This document shows positions 58,530-64,000 of a stretch of DNA of 64,000 nucleotides, in pieces. The position numbers were made by a program, and so were the translations under genes. The DNA comes from Antedon mediterranea. Taxonomy: Eukaryota > Animalia > Echinodermata. The number at the start of each line of letters is the position of its first letter. Position 1 is the first letter of the stretch. The notes under the pieces were generated by a model that searched no databases, had not been told where the DNA came from, and was given only the letters and a program-made list of their open reading frames with translations. The stretch lies in NCBI RefSeq assembly GCF_964355755.1, contig NC_092673.1:12062948-12126947 (forward strand), written 5' to 3'.

Positions 58530-59226
58530 AATGCTATCTGAATAGCATATCGTCAGAATGTCGTTTTCTTCGACTAAGGCACATTTTTTTCAGCCTTCGC
58601 TTTAATGTCCGTTTACTTATCAAAATATCATGATCTTCTGCTAACATTTCAATAATCTCTTGATAATTTAAGCTACGATTGAAATATAATCTAATCCAAT
58701 GGTTTTCAGGACGCATGATGACCAGATTGCATTAGCACCCATGAGCTAATGTAATCCGGGATGGTTGGGATGTCATTAGAAAGGGCAGAGGTCGAATTAT
58801 TAATTCGAAATAACGAATTACTAATTTGAAATGTCGAATTATTAATTCGAAATTTCGAATTATTAATTTGAAATTTCGAATACAAAATTTGAATTAACGA
58901 ATTACTAATTTGAAATTTCGAATTACTAATTCGAAATTTCAAATTATTAATTCGAAATTTTGAATTATTATTTTGAAATAACGAATTAATAATTCGAAAT
59001 AACGAAATAAATAATTCGAAATTTCGAATTAATAATTCGAAATTTCAAATTAGTAATTTGTTGGAAATTAGTAATTTGAAATTTCGAATTAATAATTCGA
59101 AATTTCAAATTACTTAAATAAATTCGAAATAACGAATTGATAATTCGAAAAAACGAATTAATAATTTGTTATTTCGAATTTGTGAAAGCAATATTATTTT
59201 GTTGTTGGCCCTAATAGGCTTTCGTA
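58530..59226 (-). mobile_element. 5' end of an IS3EU-like element: terminus, subterminal repeats and a Clr5-like N-terminal ORF fragment
   Basis: ORF 58716-58534 (IRLYFNRSLNYQEIIEMLAEDHDILISKRTLKRRLKKMCLSRRK) looks like a Clr5-type HTH. Minus-strand terminus TACGAAAGCC resembles TAYGG-type ends; the partner end was not found. Confidence 0.55.
58793..59181. repeat. 21-bp tandem repeat (GAATTATTAATTCGAAATTTC) that switches orientation mid-array
   Basis: Units read AATTATTAATT/AATTACTAATT up to ~58980 and AATTAATAATT/AATTAGTAATT (the reverse complement) afterwards. Confidence 0.9.
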
Positions 59227-59253
59227 ATAATCCAATGTCGTAACTCTTTTTAT

Positions 59254-62166
59254 TAGTCAGGTGGCTTAGCAACAATTTTCAGGATTAACGTTACCGGCCG
59301 GACAAAAGTACCAAATTTTGCTGGGAGTTTCCTTTCGGCCTATCTATTGATTTTATCCGTGGAACCCACTTGATCGGGTCCGATTTTCCAAGATGGCGGC
59401 CAAAATCCAAGATGGCCGCCAGAAAAAAGGAAATGCCATATATCTGGCTGTAAGACTCATAAATCAACAAATGGGGTGTCAATGTCAGGGTTTCTGGGGG
59501 TCACTGAAACAGAAGCTGGTCATGTCATGTTGCTCAGACCACCAATTTCCAAGATGGCGGCCAAATTTTAAAATGGCCACCAAAAAAATCAAATGTCATA
59601 TATCAGACTGTAAAAATCAGAAATTAACAAATGAGGTCTCAATTCAGGGGTTTCTGAGGTCACTGTAATAGATGCTGGTCAACCCATTTTGCTCAGGTCA
59701 CCCAATTCCAAGATGGCGGCCAAATTTCAAAATGGCCGCCAAAAAAATAAAATGTCATATATCAGACTGTAAAAATCAGAAATGAACAAATGAGGTGTCA
59801 ATTCAGGGGTTTCTGAGGTCACTGTAATAGATGCTGGTCAACCCATTTTGCTCAGGTCACCCAGTTCCAAGATGGCGGCCAAATTTCAAAATGGGTGCCA
59901 AAAAAAGGAAATATTGTAAATACGGTAAGGCTGTAAAAATCATAAATGAACAAATAAGGTGTCAATTCAGAGGTATCTGAGGTTACTGAAACAGCTACTG
60001 GTCAATCCATTTTGCTCAGGTCACTCATTTCCAAGATGGCGGTCAAATTTTAAAATGGCCCACGTTCAAAGTTCTGGAACATGATCGCACACTATGAGAT
60101 TATGATTCTCACATTTGTCAGACTTCCTATTGTATGTTTATTATTATTTGTATAATGTAAAGAGGGACTACAGCGACAGGCCCATCGGGCCTTTTGTAGT
60201 CTCTCGACTATATATATTATATGCAAACCATTGTTAATGTTATATAATATTTTTGGTCAATAAATGTTTCTTGAATATGTTTCTGTATTAGAGGCACTCG
60301 TGCCATTGTTCTTTGCGTTAGATCATGTGAACTATTCTCGGTGGCTGCCTGTACACATTAGAGACATGAAGGCATTGCCACAAGAGATCAAATATGAGTT
60401 TGAAACTTGGAATCACTGGACAATCGCAAAGTTGTTACACAGATACTCTGCGATTCCAATAGACCAAGCGCATGAGCAAGAGAATAAAGTGGTGAATGCA
60501 TCCGGTGGTGTAGTAGGACTTACAGAGAATCCAGTTGCCTTCAGACGCTGGATGACTGCTGGACCCGAGCTTGCCAGACTTCTGAGACAGTATGAGAATA
60601 AATATATTCATGACGATGATCCGGAAAACCCAGCTAACTTTGAACACCATGAACAGGGACTTGTAGCACAGAAAACCTTCCAGCGACAGGTTGATAGTCT
60701 ATCTAACACAATACGCAAGATGGGAAATCTCTTCCTGGATGACTTCCCTGAGTTGGTAACTCTTGATAGTCGTAACTGCGCGAATGAGGCACGTGTCCAT
60801 GTGTGTTCACTACCCTTGCTCTCAACAAAGCTCAAAGTCAAATCAAAGGATTGCAAGAAAGTAAAGGTGCTTGAAAACAATGTGGCACTCTTCGGCCAGT
60901 TATACATTTCCTTACAAAATAGAGATGGTGACATCAGTGAATTCTTTGCACACGAAGTACAGTCGTATCCTCCATCCCTGTCTGAGTTTGGAAAGCTTAA
61001 TCTGTCTGGTACCAAATGTCATCTGTTACAATGTATCGAATCAAACCACACAGGGGCACCTGTATTATATGACTGCAAAGTTCTGGATGATGCGATGTCT
61101 CAACATTCCAAGAATATGCTGACAACGCGTTTATACCCCATCTGAAATGTCAGCTACGTGACACAAAGCGAGTGGGTGTTGTGTGGGACGAATACCGACC
61201 AGATAGCCTTAAGGAGGGAACCAGGGAGAAACGAGGCAAAGGTGTGCGTAGAAAAGTATCAGGTGATACCAAACTGCCGGGCAACTGGAATGACTTCCTC
61301 CGTGATCCAATCAACAAGGAAGAACTTTTTGAATTCCTTTCATCAAAAGTTGCGGATTGCAGCATCCCTCCTGAGTGTTCGGTATATATCACAGCTGTAG
61401 AGCATGTTACATGTTGGAACATTTGTGAAATGTGGCTGCAAAAGGGCATGTACAGTCTGCAAATGCAGCAAGGCAAATCTGCCTTGCACATCTCTTTTCC
61501 AGTGCACATGATCATCCAAATAGGGTAAATCAACTGTACTTAACTGTAAACTGTTAAGTTATGTAGCTATTAGAGAAGTTCAATAACCACTAACAAGTCG
61601 AGCCAAGTAAACCTTTTTCATACCTTTCATACATTATTTTTGTTAATTTCTGATTTTTAACCCACATATGCCTACACAAAATTTTGGGGGTTTTTTTGGC
61701 AGCCATTTTGAAATTTGGCCGTCATTTTGGAAATGGGTGACCTGAGCAAAATGGCTTGACCAGCATCTGTTTCGGTGACCCCAGAAACCCCTGAATTAAT
61801 ATCTCATTTGTTCATTTCCGATTTTTACAGTGCCATACACAACATTTCCTTTTTTTGGGGGCCATTTTGAAATTTGGCCGCCATCTTGGTGGTCTGAGCA
61901 ATATGGCATAACCAGCATCTGTTTCATTGACCCCAGAAACCCATAAATTGACACCCCATTTGTTGATTTACGAGTTTTACAGCCAGATATATGGCATTTC
62001 CTTTTTTCTGGCGGCCATCTTGGATTTTGGCAGCCATATTGGAAAATCTGAACCGATCAAGTGGGTTCCACGGATAAAATCAATAGATAGGTCGAAAGGA
62101 AACTCCATGCCAATTTTGGTACTTTTGTCCGGCCGGTAACGTTAAAATTGCTAAGCCACCTGACTA
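59254..62166 (+). mobile_element. Internally deleted Academ DNA transposon (2.9 kb)
   Basis: Long TIRs starting TAGTCAGGTGGCTTAGCAA, ~160-bp subterminal tandem repeats and transposase remnants. No TSD evident. Confidence 0.85.
60264..61528 (+). pseudogene. Academ transposase remnant (frameshifted, deleted) with a C-terminal CXC-like motif
   Basis: FFALDHVNYSRWLPVHIRDM, IPIDQAHEQEN, VGLTENPVAFRRW, FFAHEVQSYPPSLS, VVWDEYRPDSLKEGTREKRG, NWNDFLRDPINKEELFEFLS and CGCKRACTVCKCSKANLPCT. Confidence 0.85.
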
Positions 62167-64000
62167 TGGCTATGTAATGGCTCTGATTTACTGCGGATTG
62201 TAGCGCGCCCTCAATTTTTATGGACATTTTGGGATGTGATGTTTGTTGAACAGAGATCGTCGCCATCTTGAATTAAACGCAAACGAAGAAAAGATTGTTG
62301 GAAAGTGAATAAAACTAGTAGTTATATCCACTGTAATCATTGCTTTACAATACTTGGTTGTAACTTCATATATTTATATTGGTTTTACGGTGTCACCCAA
62401 ACGAACGAACAAGGGTTTGTTATTATTTTCATTATACTTAAGCGCATACAATTCAGAGTTGTGTAGTAGAGAGTTTGCTAATAATTTAGTACACTAGCCT
62501 AGGCCTATAAAGCCTAGCCCTAGAAAAAATAATAGAAGTACAGTTATAGGCCTTGTCCTTTTAGTAACAAGATATACTGCACTTTCGCACCTAGCTCAGA
62601 ATGAAATATTTTGTAGCAATTGTACAATCTGCTCCAATTATACAGTCAATTTTGAAAAATAAAGATGAAATGCTGCAGTTTTTGTGAACGTTTTTTTTTT
62701 TACGCGTTTTTTTTATAGGCGGCTAGGGCTCTTTTTTTAGTCAGGTAGGTGGCGGCCTAGCCTAGACTAGAGGCTAGGGGCCTAACTAGCCTAGTTGCAG
62801 ACCTATATTATTACGCGAAAAAGAGACAACTTTCAGGTCAACAACACACTTAGGACAACTAGGCTACCTCTGGAGTTTATTAATGATAAACGAAATTTAA
62901 ACAGTACACAGTATCAGACCTTGATTTATAAATATAAGAGGAGAGCGTCTTAATGGCTCTCCTCAATATGTTGAGGAGAGCCATTATTTTGATTAAGTAT
63001 CCGAGGCACAGGCCCACCATGGTTGGGCCTGTGGCAAGCCGAATTTTGATAAATGACACCTCTAGATGGCCGGAAATGGTACTCTCGCACGTAAAATTCA
63101 TTGTAGGTCATTGTTCTCTGAACGTAGTCTACGATGTATTGTTATGATAATTATCTACGCGTCGATCGTAGGGTGGTTTGTAGGGTTAGTAAACACCATT
63201 GTCATCACCTTTAGAAGCATGGACAATGCAAACAAACAATGTATTGTTTGCTAATTAAAATCCTATCTAAAGATAGTAGACGTCAATTTTTGTAGCCACC
63301 CTAGCTAGGCCTACGCATCGGTTATCCTAATTTTGACGGAAATCCGCCGACGAGACGACATCGGGTCCGTGGACCTCAGCTCACGCAGAGAGAGAGTCGA
63401 GGCTATCTAGTCTTGTTTCGGCGGCGTACACTATAAATTATTTAATCCTACCTTGGGTTAGCAAATTAAAAAAACGACGCCTAGGCTAGGACACCAACAA
63501 AATATATGCAAAATAAATATATATTCCATATTAATTACTATAAGATTTAACATAAAGGCTTAAGCCTTTTAAAATGATTACGACATGTGTATAAGAAAAG
63601 GCCCGACCAGAATTTGGAGGGGAAAACATGTGAGCAGTTAAGATCAGAGAGTATTATGTTTGATGTCATGTGACACAAAATCCAGGTACACGATCTTAAT
63701 TACTGTTTATCGTCGGCAGCCACCCTCTCGTACTGAGTGAGATGTTGCGGTAAAGCAGAGAGTATCGCGTTTCATGCCATGTGACCAAAAAAACTATGTC
63801 TGTATAATTACGGTCTTCTGTCGGCAGTCTTTTTGAGCGACCGATTGAATGTTCTGATACTATATTTAGAATGAATTGTTTACGATATTTTTCTCGCAAC
63901 ATCAAAGATCGTAGGCGCGCCTAGCCATAACAAAGATCGTTTGCGCGACTATATATAGACTGTGTGTTGTATTCGGGGTTAATATTCTTATCATTATATA

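Noticed and set aside
62200-64000. Possible start of a further gene at the window end
   Set aside because: Promoter-like motifs are present but no recognisable coding exon; the short ORFs lack homology cues.

Overview
AT-rich, intron-containing animal genomic DNA. It is probably an invertebrate deuterostome; frequent TAGGCCTA motifs and a Deu-type SINE hint at an echinoderm, which is inference only. Two convergent genes can be rebuilt by hand with consistent GT-AG phases. ASPM/asp (+) has 21 visible coding exons over 4755-26892, with its 5' end not found; its 5.15-kb IQ exon holds a very recent expansion of 26 near-identical 69-bp (23-aa) IQ units. PIGC/GPI2 (-) has 8 coding exons over 48806-34995 (275 aa) and is nearly invisible in the ORF track. 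The rest is a dense, nested transposon landscape: pogo/Tigger, Kolobok, PIF/Harbinger, hAT, MULE-foldback, Academ and IS3EU-like relics, Helentron-type HINEs, L2/CR1 LINE ends, a Penelope fragment, tRNA-derived SINEs and several minisatellites. Three structures stand out: (i) a 24-bp minisatellite between the genes that has received three insertions of one MITE family at the same position of the unit, one copy carrying a 1.67-kb foldback element; (ii) a Helentron-type non-autonomous element carrying two tandem tRNA-Val-like genes; (iii) the homogenised IQ array in ASPM. All family names come from remembered motifs, not database searches.
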